A DNA stretch of 64,000 bases from Macrostomum lignano (GCA_002269645.1 NIVC01000063.1:62001-126000); one strand, 5' to 3'; shown: positions 39,838 through 53,000, counted from the first letter of the stretch. Notes: a model not told the origin generated them from the sequence alone. Translations and numbers: made by a program.

Positions 39838-42800
39838 TCAAAGCGCAGCAGCAGCACCGCTTCGATTCCACCGCCACCCGTCGCCGCGAACTCTCGCATT
39901 CCTCGCCCGCATCCGAGCTCTGTGCCGCTGGATGCCTCCTTCAACTACTCGATTCAAAGCGGCCAGCTGTGGATTCTTGACACTTCTTGGCGGCCCCCGT
40001 CTGGCCGTTGGCTGCCGGGATCTGGCTGACCAGCTCAGCTGATTGGCACCAGTTCCAGCTACCGTCACCGACATTGGGACAGCAACAGCACCCGCGATCG
40101 CGACTGTGTCGTCTTCTACCGCGTCAGCGTCGTTAGCAACCGTTTCTATAGCAACAGAGTTGACGACTGCTTCGGGCGTTACAGTGGCGGTTGACTTCGA
40201 GTTGCACAGCAGAATTATGGGCCTGACGATTGTGCACCAGCAAATGCAGGACAGCACGATAGCTGACAGCAGTGCAAGGGAAGCTGCGGTCAGTGCTTGG
40301 ACCAGCGATGGAGTGGAGCTTGAGACGCTAGCAGGGGAATTTTGCGGTTCTGATGTTGCCGGCTGGGCTGTTGCTTGTTGCTCCGTTGTTTGCATATTTG
40401 GTGTTGCTTTTGACTGTGTTTGCGATGTTTGTGAGGCTATTGATTGTGACGTTGGCTGTCCTGATGTGAGTTGCGGTGTTGTTGGTTGTGCTGTTGTTGG
40501 TTGCGCTGTTGTTGGTTGTGCTGTTGTTGGTTGTGCTGTTGTTAGTTGTGATGTTGTTGGTTGCGATGTTGTTGGTTGTGCTGTTGTTGGTTGCGATGTT
40601 GTTGGTTGCGCTGTTGTTGGTTGTGCTGTTGTTGGTTGCGCTGTTGTTGGTTGTGCTGTTGTTGGTTGTGCTGTTGTTAGTTGTGATGTTGTTGGTTGCG
40701 ATGTTGTTGGTTGTGCTGTTGTTGGTTGCGATGTTGTTGGTTGCGCTGTTGTTGGTTGTGCTGTTGTTGGTTGTGACGTTGTTGGTTGTGCTGTTGTTGG
40801 TTGCGATGTTGTTGGTTGCGCTGTTGTTGGTTGTGCTGTTGTTGGTTGTGCTGTTGTTGGTTGTGCTGTTGTTGGTTGCGCTGTTGTTGGTTGTGCTGTT
40901 GTTGGTTGTGCTGTTGTTGGTTGTGCTGTTGTTGATTGTGCTGTTGTTGGTTGTGCTGTTGTTAGTTGTGCTGTTGTTGGTTGTGACGTTGTTGGTTGCG
41001 ATGTTGTTGGTTGTGCTGTTGTTGGTTGTGCTGTTGTTAGTTGTGCTGTTGTTGGTTGTGCTGTTGTTAGTTGTGCTGTTGTTGGTTGTGCTGTTGTTGG
41101 TTGTGACGTTGTTGGTTGTGCTGTTGTTGGTTGCGCTGTTGTTGGTTGTGCTGTTGTTGGTTGTGCTGTTGTTAGTTGTGATGTTGTTGGTTGCGATGTT
41201 GTTGGTTGTGCTGTTGTTGGTTGCGATGTTGTTGGTTGCGCTGTTGTTGGTTGTGCTGTTGTTGGTTGCGCTGTTGTTGGTTGTGCTGTTGTTGGTTGTG
41301 CTGTTGTTAGTTGTGATGTTGTTGGTTGCGATGTTGTTGGTTGTGCTGTTGTTGGTTGCGATGTTGTTGGTTGCGCTGTTGTTGGTTGTGACGTTGTTGG
41401 TTGCGATGTTGTTGGTTGTGCTGTTGTTGGTTGTGATGTTGTTGGTTGCGCTGTTGTTGGTTGTGCTGTTGTTGGTTGTGACGTTGTTGGTTGCGATGTT
41501 GTTGGTTGTGCTGTTGTTGGTTGTGCTGTTGTTGGTTGTGCTGTTGTTAGTTGTGATGTTGTTGGTTGCGATGTTGTTGGTTGTGCTGTTGTTGGTTGCG
41601 ATGTTGTTGGTTGCGATGTTGTTGGTTGTGCTGTTGTTGGTTGTACTGTTGTTAGTTGTGATGTTGTTGGTTGCGATGTTGTTGGTTGCGATGTTGTTCG
41701 TTGTGATGTTGCAGGTTGTGATGTTGTTGGTTGTGATGTTGTTGGTTGTACTGTTGTTGGTTGTGATGTTGTTGGTTGTGATGTTGTTGGTTGTACTGTT
41801 GTTGGTTGTGATGTTGCTGGTTGTGTTGTTGCTGGTTGTGATGTTGGTTGTGATGCTGTTAGTTGCGCTGTTGTTGGTTGTGCTGTTGTTGGTTGTGATG
41901 TTGTTGGTTGTACTGTTGTTGGTTGTGATGTTGGTTGGGATGTTGTTGGTTGTGCCGTTGTTGTTTGTAATGCTGCTGGTTGTGTTGTTGCTGATTGTGA
42001 TGTTGGTTGTGATGTTGTTAGTTGCGATGTTGTTGGTTGCGGTGTTCTTGATTGTGCTGTTGTTGGTTGTACTATTTTTGGTTGTGCTGTTGTTGGTTGT
42101 GTTGTTGCTGGTTGTGATGTTGCTGGTTGTGCTGTTGTTGGTTGTGCTGTTGTTGGTTGTGATGCTGCTGGTTGTGTTGTTGCTGTTTGTGATGTTGGTT
42201 GTGATGTTGTTAGTTGCGCTGTTGTTGGTTGCGGTGTTGTTGATTGTGCTGTTGTTGGTTGTGTTGCTGCTGGTTGTGATGTTGTTGGTTGTGCTGTTGC
42301 TGGTTTTGCTGTTGTTGGTTGTGATGTTGTTGGTTGTGACGTTGTTTGTTGCGCTGTTGTTGGTTGTGCTGTTGTTGGTTGTGACGTTGTTTGTTGCGCT
42401 GTTGTTGGTTGTGCTGTTGTTGGTTGTGAAATTGTTGGTTGTGATGTTGTTGGTTGTACTGTTGTTGGTTGTCTTGTTATTAATGTTTGCTTTGTTGTTG
42501 GTTGCATGGTTGGTAGTGTCGTCGATTGTTTTGTTGGTTGCATTGTTAACTGTTTGTCAGTTGTTCGCTGCGCTGTTGCTATGAGTGTTATCGTTGCTCT
42601 TAATTGCTGCGTTATTGTGTGTGGATCTGTTGTTCGTGACGTCGTTGATGAATCCGCTGATGCTCCTGATGTTGTTTTTAGATTTATCGTTTTTCCTGGC
42701 ATTGTCAGTCGATTTGTTGTTACCCCTGTTGTTGTCAGTGGATGTGTTGTTGCCCTCGTTGTCGGTGGATCTGTTGTTGACCTCGTTGTTGTCCTCGTTG

Positions 42801-43804
42801 TTGTCAGTGGATCTGTTGTTGTCCTCGTTGTTGTCAGTGGATCTGTTGTTGTCCTCGTTGTTGTCAGTGGATCTGTTGTTGTCCTTGTTGTTGTCAGTGG
42901 ATCTGTTGTTGTCCTTGTTGTTGTCAGTGGATATGTTGTTTCCCCCATTGTTGTTAGCCGATCTGTTGTTTCCCCCATTGTTGTTAGCCGATCTGTTGTT
43001 TCCCCCATTGTTGTTAGCCGATCTGTTGTTGCTCCTGATGTTGTTAGTGGAGCTGCAGTGACCAGCAAATGTGTAGTCGGCGGTACTCTTAATTGCGTTT
43101 CTGCTGCTAATTGAGACGTTGTACTTAGCGCAGTATTAGATGCTGTACTGGCTACTGCAATCGGCTCATCAGTAGTATCCTTTGCGCTGGTTACGACATC
43201 CGAAATAGTTGTGGAAAATAATCCTGGAGCGTTGACAGTCGCTGGATGCAAACCACTTTCAGTAGTTGTCGGGACAGCATTATCGCGTAGAGCAGTTGTC
43301 TGTTGGGCCGTGGTGATCTGCTCTAAAATTATGTGGAAATAATTAATACAGATATTACAGTGATATTACAGCCTTTGGCGTTATCATTCTTCAAACAGGC
43401 TGCAGCACGCACTCGTGCACACGCTCACACGGGGTGCACAGTGGCCCTTAGTTTAATCTGTGCTCGTGGGTGCAATCGATGGGGTCCGTGGCGCGATAAA
43501 TCATTTTTGGGGGGTTTCGGCCATAGACAATTTGGACTCAAAGAAAAGCGAGATCTACACTTCTTAACACAAAAAAGGAAATGATAGATGCCTAAAGGAT
43601 AAATCAGATATTTTATGCAACGTATAACATACTAACGGCATCATCACTAATTACGACTATTCAGTTCGACTATTTCAACTCACCTGTTGACCCGGCCTCG
43701 AGAGTAGCTGGCGCAGCTGTTGCACAGTTGAAATAGGAGGCAAAGAAAACAATGAAGCCTATAATTAGTGCATTATTAGCCACTGTTGTACCTACTAATT
43801 GCAT
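39838..43804 (-). CDS. Mucin-like Thr/Gln/Pro-rich type I membrane protein (~1201 aa); exons 43804-43684 and 43322-39838
   Basis: Exon 1 (121 nt) reads MQLVGTTVANNALIIGFIVFFASYFNCATAAPATLEAGST (signal-peptide-like) and ends CAG|GTGAGT in phase 1. The acceptor TTTTAG|AG CAG ATC at 43322 matches that phase. Downstream are QPTT[A/S] repeats, a TM segment LTAASLALLSAIVLSCICWCTIV and a basic cytoplasmic tail. Confidence 0.85.
40480..42480 (-). repeat. Coding 15-bp repeat encoding QPTT[A/S]
   Basis: Directly visible in ORF 39838-43251. Confidence 0.95.
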
Positions 43805-44261
43805 AATCCTATTGACAAAGACCTTACTGTCTGCATGCAAACTAGATTTTGCGGCCCAGTCTCTGGACTATAACCGTGACAGACCTAATATAAATGTTAG
43901 GAATCAAGAACTTCACCTTTGTGAACATTTTCCGTTGCTAAGCAACCCTTCAAAGCCATTCTATTCTATACAGCTAGATAAGATGCGGTCGCCATGACAA
44001 CAAACAAAAATACGAAAGGAAACTGATTTAATTGCTCGACATCAGTGGCAAGCGCGGGTCTCAAATGCAAATATTCAGCTGGGCTATTGAATAGTGCGAG
44101 TTTGCCATGCATAATGCATGCGATAACCTCGCCTGCTTCCTGCTGTGAGCTGTCACCCACTATTGGTCTGGAGTTCTTTCTTAGAAATGCACCGGAAATT
44201 ATCGTGTGTTTCTTAATATAGCATACAGAATTACAGATCAATGAGCATTTGAGAAGTGGAT

Positions 44262-45055
44262 TTTGAGAAACCGGTAATGTAGATTTTAGAAATCGGTAAT
44301 GTGGATTTGAGAAACCGGTAATGTGGATTTGAGAAACCGGTAATGTGGATTTGAGAAACCGGTAATGGGGATTTGAGAAACCGGTAATGTGGATTTGAGA
44401 AACCGGTAATGAGGACTTTAGAAATCGGTAGAGGATTTGAGAAACCGGTAATGAGGATTTGAGAAATCGGTAATGTGGATTTGAGAAACCGGTAATGTGG
44501 ATTTGAGAAACCGGTAATGGGGATTTGAGAAACCGGTAATGTGGATTTGAGAAACCGGTAATGGGGATTTGAGAAACCGGTAATGTGGATTTGAGAAACC
44601 GGTAATGGGGATTTGAGAAACCGGTAATGTGGATTTGAGAAACCGGTAATGAGGACTTTAGAAATCGGTAGAGGATTTGAGAAACCGGTAATGAGGATTT
44701 GAGAAATCGGTAATGTGGATTTGAGAAACCGGTAATGTGGATTTGAGAAACCGGTAATGGGGATTTGAGAAACCGGTAATGTGGATTTGAGAAACCGGTA
44801 ATGGGGATTTGAGAAACCGGTAATGTGGATTTGAGAAACCGGTAATGGGGATTTGAGAAACCGGTAATGTGGATTTGAGAAACCGGTAATGGGGATTTGA
44901 GAAACCGGTAATGTGGATTTGAGAAACCGGTAATGGGGATTTGAGAAACCGGTAATGTGGATTTGAGAAACCGGTAATGGGGATTTGAGAAACCGGTAAT
45001 GAAGATTTGAGAAATCGCTAAAATGGATTTGAGAAACGAGGATTTAAGAAATCGG
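44262..45055. repeat. 22-bp minisatellite GAGAAACCGGTAATG(T/G)GGATTT
   Basis: About 35 units upstream of the second mucin. Confidence 0.95.
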
Positions 45056-45909
45056 TAATAAGGATAAAGAATAGAGGAAAAAAGCCGACAAAACACCTTA
45101 ACAATTAAATGTAGCACTCTGTCAGAGTCCACAACATGTCGACACCGAGACAGACGCACTGAATTGACATTGATCAGGTGCCACTGATCATATACAATTT
45201 CAATGCATCAAATGTGCAGAAATAGGCATGTATATTTATATATTTAGAAATGTGTAAATTTATGATTATTAATTAATAACTTACATAAACTGCGCCAAAC
45301 CAAAGCGAATTTACAAATTGTTTTTTTTTGTTTGAATTCACAACAAATTTGGATTCTAAATTTTTTAATTAACACATTGGTGCATGCATATGCGCGGATA
45401 AATGAAAGCTAAATAAACACACAAAAAGCACAGGTTAGCATACTAACAGATACAGGCTACTTATAGTAAGGTGATACAATATAATTACAAACAGTGCTGA
45501 TTAGTTAATAAATAATAATTCAGCAATTGTAGGGCTAGTGAATTATTACGAGTTATTGAACAAACGAACAAACAAACAAACAAGGTGACGAGTAGGCAAT
45601 CAGAGGAGGGAATTCAGAATCAAGCAAGTTAGGTAAATAGATGTGAAATAAAAATTGGAATAGGGGCAGGTGAAAAAAAAACAATGAATTATCGAATTAC
45701 TACTAGAGTTACAGTCGGTACTAAGTAGTATGTTTTAATTGCTTTTTTAATGAAACTGATTTTTCAAGTTACTAACTAGTAATTGTTACCAATATTATTA
45801 TTATTACTACTACTTTACAAAAAAGCGTTGGATTATAAAATTGGAGACAGAACGCAACAAGTTCAATTTTCAATTCAGGAGTCACTGCACAGCCAAGGAC
45901 AAGCATTTT

Positions 45910-47687
45910 TTACTTTTTACCAGGCGGCTGCTGCGGCTGGGAGGCGGCGCTCATAGCCGACCAGAGGCTGGTGGGATTAAATCCCATATTTTGTCGCATA
46001 GCCTGCTGCAGCATAGTCAAATAGTTAGCCGGCATAGTGTAGGGATAAGAGCTGGCGCTGGCGCCTCCGGCAGCCGGGTATAGCTGGGATATGGCCTGCA
46101 GCTGGGCGTGCAGGAACTGCTGGCGTTGAATCTGTTCAACAGCGGCTGCGGTGGCGGCAGCCTGAGAAGCGGCGGCGGCAGCGGCGGCCTGCTGCTGCTG
46201 CTGCTGCTGAGTGGTGGCAGCAAGGCGGCTGGCACTGGAGCCCGAGAGGCTGTGCAACGAACTGGATGACCTGTGCGCAGAGCTTAGCGAAGACATGCCA
46301 TGCAGAGAATGATGCTGCTGCTGGTGATGATGCTGCTGCTGATGCTGCTGAGCCTGAGGCTGAGGCGGCGGCGGAAGCAGATGCGGAAAAGCTTGAGCAG
46401 CCAGCTGCGGATTAGCCGAATAGCGTTTGAATTCTTTTTCAATTTCTTCCTCTTGTTTGAGCGCTTTAACAAAAGCGGCCTTGAGCCTGGCCGTGTGATC
46501 CTTGCGAATGGCGTTCTTCTGATTGACGGACACGCACTGTTCGCAGATGACATTCTTAGAGCCGGGCTTGTCCCGCTTCCACACAGGTGTATAGTCTGTG
46601 CCGCACTGCACACAGGTGAACGGGTGGAATACGTACTTGACTTCGGTTGGCTTGCCGCCCTTCAGTACGGCATCGTATTCGCTGATATTGCGGACAACTT
46701 CCTCTAGGCCTACTAGAGCAATGAACTCGTTAGTAACCGTGCTCGGTATGAAGTTCAACTCAGACGGCGGCGGCTGGGGATTGGGAATCTCCAGCAGGGA
46801 TTTCTCCAACTGTTTGCGCAACGCCAGCTTCTTCTGAGCCTTCTGGGCGTCTAGCTGAGCCTGGCTAATCTGTGGCGGCGGCGGCGGCGTAGCTTTCGTA
46901 GTGGAAGCCTGGCCGCTGCTGACGCTGGCCGACGTTTTCATTGGCAGCGCGGCGGCCGACTGCGACCGGCCAATTGCCGAAGATGGCGACTGATGATGCG
47001 ACAGCTTCTGGCTGCCGACAGCCGCTGCGCCAGCGGAACGGCCTTGAGCTGCAGCTGAGGCGCCCGACCGACTGGCACCAGATTGAGTGGCTCCAGCGAC
47101 GGCGCCATTCTCCTTCTGTTGCTGATGATGGAGACTGGAGCCGGGCGCCGAGGCGGATCTCTGCTGAGAATGGCGCATAGCCTTCAATAGGGCCAGTTTG
47201 CACTCTTCGCTGCGCAGACTTTCGCGTAGTTTACGCAGCACCACGGCCTGCTCCTTCACCAGGGCCATGGCGGCGTCTGAATCAATGTCAGATTCGGCTA
47301 GCTCAGCCTGCTTAGCAACTAGCTTCTGGATTTCCTGCTCTTCATCGTCTGGCAGCACAATGATCTCATCGCTGCCAGCAGTTGCAGCGCTAGCAGCAGC
47401 GGGGGCAGAAGCAGCAAGGCTGCCAGTTCCACCAGAACTTGTCAGGGCGGGCGCTTTCTTTCGGCTAAGATCCATGGGCGCCAAGCCGACTTGAGAAGAA
47501 GACTCAGTAGAGTTAGACGAAGCAGCAGCAGCAGCAGCAGCAGCCGCTTTCGAACGTTTCAACAGCACATCGGAGGTCTCGGGCAGTAGCCGTTTCCGTT
47601 GTTGCTGAGCAGCGGGCTGCATTGCTTTAATAGTTTTAGCTGTTGCTACTAATGCTGATTCTGTTGAACACTTCTTGATTGGCGACA
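45910..47687 (-). CDS. GATAD2: Transcriptional repressor p66 / GATAD2 orthologue (NuRD subunit), large coding exon
   Basis: CR1 coiled coil LRKLRESLRSEECKLALLKAMRHSQ. CR2 with KLALRKQLEKSLLEIP, EFIALVGLEEVV, C-X2-C-X19-C-X2-C and HTARLKAAFVKALKQEEEIE. The exon is preceded by branch/acceptor CTGACTAAT..TTTCAG|TG (phase 1), so the true start lies upstream or is the internal Met (MQPAA). Confidence 0.93.
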
Positions 47688-47849
47688 CTGAAATGTTGAA
47701 TTAGTCAGATAACACGGGCGCTAATTACAGGGAAATAATTAAACTCTGGCCATAGACAATTAGACTCTGTGTATACAGTACATAGAACTGCTAGCAGTAC
47801 AAAATAAATGAATTTTAATAAGCAAACTTATGACAGTCCCTAACCAATC

Positions 47850-48103
47850 TATCTACTCGTATCTATCTACCTATCTATTTATGTATCTGTCTATTATATA
47901 TGTTGTATGTATGTATCTATTGTATCTGTGTATCTATCTGTCTATTATCTATGTTGTATGTATGTATCTATTGTATCTGTGTATCTATCTGTCTATTATC
48001 TATAAATGTATGTATCTATGTAATCTATGTATGTATGTATCTATCTATCTATAATCTATCTATCTATCATCTATCTACCTATCTATCTATTTATGTATCT
48101 ATC
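47850..48103. repeat. (TATC/TATG)n degenerate microsatellite
   Basis: Directly visible. Confidence 0.85.
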
Positions 48104-48200
48104 TTTCGCCAAAACTCAAGAATGAAATTGATTTATATTAATTTTGCTGTTAAGACCTGTCAAGGCTGTTGTTTTCAGCTTACTTTAAGAACTTAACAAT

Positions 48201-48527
48201 TTACAATGATTTCGATTTACCAATCTCGCTAACCAAATCATTGTACTCTTTTAGACGCAGATGCCCATTGCCGATTTTATCCGGACTAGTCCAGGAGAAC
48301 AGCCAAGGCGCATAGTCCACGTGATTCGGATCGTTAACCGGGGCCCCGGTTAAAAAGTGACAATCGCACACCCGCGAATTCGGATTGGGCTGCCACGGCT
48401 CGCCGCGGCGCAGCGCCACTATCCATTTCTGTCGCCTGGCCGGCGGTCCAACCGGTATGCGAAACATTTTCGGCATACCGGCACCGCCGCCCCTGCGTTT
48501 ACAGTTGACTACGCAACAGCTGGGCAT
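48201..48527 (-). CDS. THAP-type (C2CH) zinc-finger ORF; possibly exon 1 (48527-48221) of the GATAD2 gene
   Basis: MPSCCVVNC...FRIP...RRQKWIVALRR..WQP...RVCDCHF..G......HVDYAPWLF contains the conserved C, C, P, W, C, H, F residues and an AVPT-like box. Confidence 0.85.
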   Translation of the reverse strand: MPSCCVVNCKRRGGGAGMPKMFRIPVGPPARRQKWIVALRRGEPWQPNPNSRVCDCHFLTGAPVNDPNHVDYAPWLFSWTSPDKIGNGHLRLKEYNDLVSEIGKSKSL

Positions 48528-49231
48528 GCCGCGGGAATATTGTATTGAGACCACAGAGCACCCTGGCTGCGACAGGTAGCCCAGGTTGAAATAATGGAGG
48601 CACAGGGCCAGATCATGATGGAGAGGAGAGAAGTAAAGAGGGGGAGGCAGACAGTCACACTAAGGGAAGAAGAGGGAAGAGACAAGCCATCTACCACCCC
48701 CCATAGGCGTCCGTCCGGTTTTTTTCAAAGCTAAAATTTCTCGTCCCTCTGCATCCAAGGTGAGTCTGACACTGCTTCTGCCAGCGAAGCTCTCTACTCG
48801 GTGAGCACACGCCATGAAGCCTCCCTCCCCTTCTCACCTTCCCCAGGTCTGCTCTCCCCTCCTTTCCCGGCTCAAACCCACATATCCTGCCCAATTTCTC
48901 TGTATCATCTGGCTCAATCTCTTGCCTGCCTATCACCTGTGTCCCGGCTCCAATTGATTTTTTTTGCAAACCGTAGACCACCTACCTCACTTTCTAGCCA
49001 GATATTCTCAGGACTAGCAATAGGGGAAGAGGAAAGACAGGAAAAATACTATAATCCTCTTTCCTATTTTTCACTGTCAATGCCAAAACAGGAGGAATAG
49101 GAAAGGACAGGGATAGCTTTTAAAGTTATACAAAGCCCCAGCAAGAGACATCTGGATTCTGAACAAAACAAAGAAACGACTGGGATTCTTCAGTGGAAGC
49201 TTTTAGAAAACTCCCTACCATGCTTGGGCGC

Positions 49232-49379
49232 AACCTAGGGATTCACCCGGCCGTTTCTATTGGCAACACACACATGTAAGTCGCTATTGGACGGAATAGT
49301 ACTCACGTGACTGCTCTTAGCTAATAGCGACTTACATGTGCGCGTTGCCATTAGAAACGGCCAGGTGATTCCCAAGGTT
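49232..49379. mobile_element. Short foldback element / MITE with ~59-bp imperfect inverted arms and a 30-bp spacer
   Basis: Left arm AACCTAGGGATTCACCCGGCCGTTTCTATTGGCAACACACACATGTAAGTCGCTATTGG pairs with the right arm at 49321-49379. Confidence 0.75.
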
Positions 49380-50099
49380 AGGGTTAGGAGTCCCTACTTA
49401 CAGAAAACAAACTGAAACTGGCAAGACGGACTATTCTTGGGGCAGTAATTGCTAACATTATTCACTGGATGCGGGCTTAACAGTAAATGATGATATTAAC
49501 ACAACCACAATGAGGACGCAACACAAAGAATTTAAGACATGAAGGAAAGACAGACTAGACAAGAGTATGACAAAATCCAACCCTTCCACCCTATCTTTTT
49601 ATAAAGTAATTGGAAGAGAAAGTAGAAATAGTTTAAACGATTGTTAGTAGAAACCAGAAAAATTGTTAGTAGAAAAGAACTCTTTTAAGCTACTGAGCTT
49701 AAGCTACTAATCGTCTTCAAATTTGACGCAAACAATCTTCAACTATTTTAAGACAATCGTGTAAAATTTCGAGGCTTAAAGTTAATTCTGAACGGCACTG
49801 TGTACTTTTAAAGTTAGTCTGATTTTGTCAGCGTAGCAACCACCTCAACCTCCGCCTCTCTCCTTGCCTTATTTGGCGAGATATGGAAAAGGAGTTTTAA
49901 AATTGACTAAACTTTGGCGCTGCTATAAGTTTGCTTCACATAAATGATTGACTTCAAACTTGACAAAATACTTCATTGACTCATTCACTGTCATATCTCT
50001 AAATGTAAAGTCTCAGCTCTGTAACTCTGTTTTTTGCCTAGATGTTTTTGCCGCTCATTCATTCCCCCAAGAGGAAGGGGTCGGGCGATAGGGCTCAGT

Positions 50100-53000
50100 G
50101 AACATAGATGTGCTGTGTTGTGGAATAACTTTAGTTATATAGCCTTCTTTGCAAGAGACTATGTTTAGCCATGACAGTTTAGTGAGAAATTCTTAACACT
50201 TGGCCTATTCTATAAAGCCACCATAAGATAAGTTTGTTCTTAGCTCCTATCTCCACAGTGTAAAAGTTCCAACGTACAATTGAACTTATGCTACAACAGC
50301 TTTATAGTACAACTACAACCCCTCTGTACTACTATCTGATTGAGAGACAAGAGTATTCTGTGCCACAAACTGGCTTTTGAAGCAACTTCAGCTCACACTA
50401 AAGGATCTGCACTGAAAAAAATATCTTAACATTAATAAGTATTATCCTGATACTCTATTTTAAATTTTCACAACATTCTAATCATCAATCATATGAACTT
50501 TTAAATGATGTCAGAACACAAAGGCTTAGGGACATGGCTTTTAAGGTTGTAAATATACTTAAAGACATGGCAAATTATAACAGTCAATACTTAATACTAA
50601 GTGGCATTGCATTTCTTATATCTTTAACTTACCTGACATAATTGTATAAAAATGTGCATCTTAAAGAGTATCTTGAAAGACACTGAAAACTTTTAAATTT
50701 AGTGTATTTTTGCCATTGAGACAACCACTGTAATCTCCATCTACCTCTTTTTCCCTTATCTGGCCAGATATATACACAAGGGTTTTAAAATTGACTAACT
50801 TATGGCTACCATAACATGCATGCACAACACCCCACTAAGCTAGCCAATCTAGCTGGCTGGCAAAGAGCCTAGCCAAGGTAAGTTGCATAAATGCCCATTC
50901 AAAAATTATAGTCATGATACTAATTAGATGATAAGGCAGGCATTTAGCCTTAATAATACAGTTAGTTACTCTTGTCATTTACTCAAATTAGCATAATTTT
51001 TGCTTAGGTATCTTTCATAGGTAATTTGCATTTTTGGTCAAAATGTAAGATGCATAGCTAGTATATAACTCAGAGGGAGTGCTCATGTATCTGTAAGTTT
51101 ATTCCATATAAAACAATTAGCCTTAAACTTGATATAATTCTTTATTAACTTATTATCTATCTAAGTATAAAATCTTACTCTAATTTAATTAAAATTAGGC
51201 GCACAATTGGTTACAAGAAAAAGAGCACAAATGGGCAATCACTCTAATCAGGAGGTGGCAAATTGTACAAATATATTATAAAATGTAAATTTATAAAGCA
51301 CACAAGATGCCCATATTGTGGATTGTGTTATATATATGCCAGAAAGTATCTGACTATCTAGTAAAGTGCACGCCAATAAAGTATGCCAATTAAGATAGTC
51401 TTCTAATTCTAGTAAATTGTATGCCAATTAAAAATGTGTGATTAACAAGCAAAAAATCTAACAATCAAGCTTAGGCATAGCAAATAATTTACAATAAAAA
51501 ATTAAATTGAAAACATATATCATTTGAAAAAATGAAAAGAATTGGTAAAACAGAATAGTTACATTTATTATTGATTAAGGTATATTTCTGAAAGAAAGAA
51601 AGAAAAAAACTTTCTATAGTTTTCTTTCTTCTTTCTTTCTATAGTTTTCAAACAATATACTAAAACTATAGAAAGTTTTAGTATATTGTTTGAAAATCTA
51701 ATTTATTGTCATGACTTTGCAAATTAACTCTATAGCAAAGATTGTTTAGCATAATTCATATAATTCAATGCTTTTGTACACTGCATCAAAAGCTTGAACA
51801 AGTATAGTTAAGAATTATAAGCTAATGATTGTGCTTGAAGGTTGTATTTCCTCCTTCAATGCCAAATAAATGCTAGATAAAGCACTTGAACGCCAGATGT
51901 ATGCTAGCTAAAGTGTTTGTATGCCAGAATTTTCTGGTATATACTATACTTTCTGCAATATGGTAAAGATGCTAATGCAGGGGCATAAGTGCCCATTGCT
52001 ATTATACATCTACATACTTACACTGACATTATACGCATAAGATGCATAGCGCATGCTGCGTATATACCATGCACCTTATGCGCAAATAGAAATTTCTTTC
52101 TCTGTAGCCATGCAGGCAATTTTTCACAAGCATACCAGATACTATTTGTAAAAAACCCTATTTGCTCCAATGGGAATCTTAGTCAACCTAGTAGAAAAGA
52201 CTATAATCTACTTTAGTAAGACACTAGTAATAGCTATAATTGTGGTAACAAACTAGATTCATAACTATTAATTTAATAATAAATACATCAAATACTTTAT
52301 TGCCAAAAATAGTTCCATTTTCTAAATAAATATAATTTGTTTAAACTTTCATTTTGACTTTGTAAAAAAATAAACACACACTAGGTACATTTTTATTAAA
52401 TATTGAAATAACTAATGAAAAATTAATTAGATTATATTATAATATCAAGTCACTAACTTAGAGATTCTAGTATATACAATTTTCAGTCATTATAGATAAT
52501 ATTTGGAACATATATAGTTAGAAAATAAAATGGATTGATTAAAACACTTGAATAATTTCAATATCTTATAATATATAATATAGTTTTTACATCAATCTAA
52601 ATCTTTCAATATATAAAAGTATAGGCTTATCTTAATTTTTTTCTCTTTTTTAAAAAGTTTATTTGCTTTTTTAGAATATAATTCTATAAGCATATACATG
52701 CGCAACTGCTGGCTGACCTGGCCAATCTGGCCATTGTAAATTGTGGTGGACCAGGGGAAAGTTGCAAAAATGCCCAGCCTAAATAATACAGACATAGTAC
52801 TAATTAGATAATGAGGCATTTAGCCTTTATAAGACAGTTATAGTTACTCCTGTCATTTACCTAAAATTGTATTAGGGTTTCTTTTACAGGTAAGTTGCAT
52901 TTTTGGTCGCATGGCTAGTATAAATCAGGGGGTTGCGCATGTATGTATAAGCATATTAATCATTATATGCAATTATTCTTATTTGTTACTAGTAGGCCCT

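Noticed and set aside
43966-45159. 397-aa minus-strand ORF
   Set aside because: Mostly the 22-bp array; no recognisable domain
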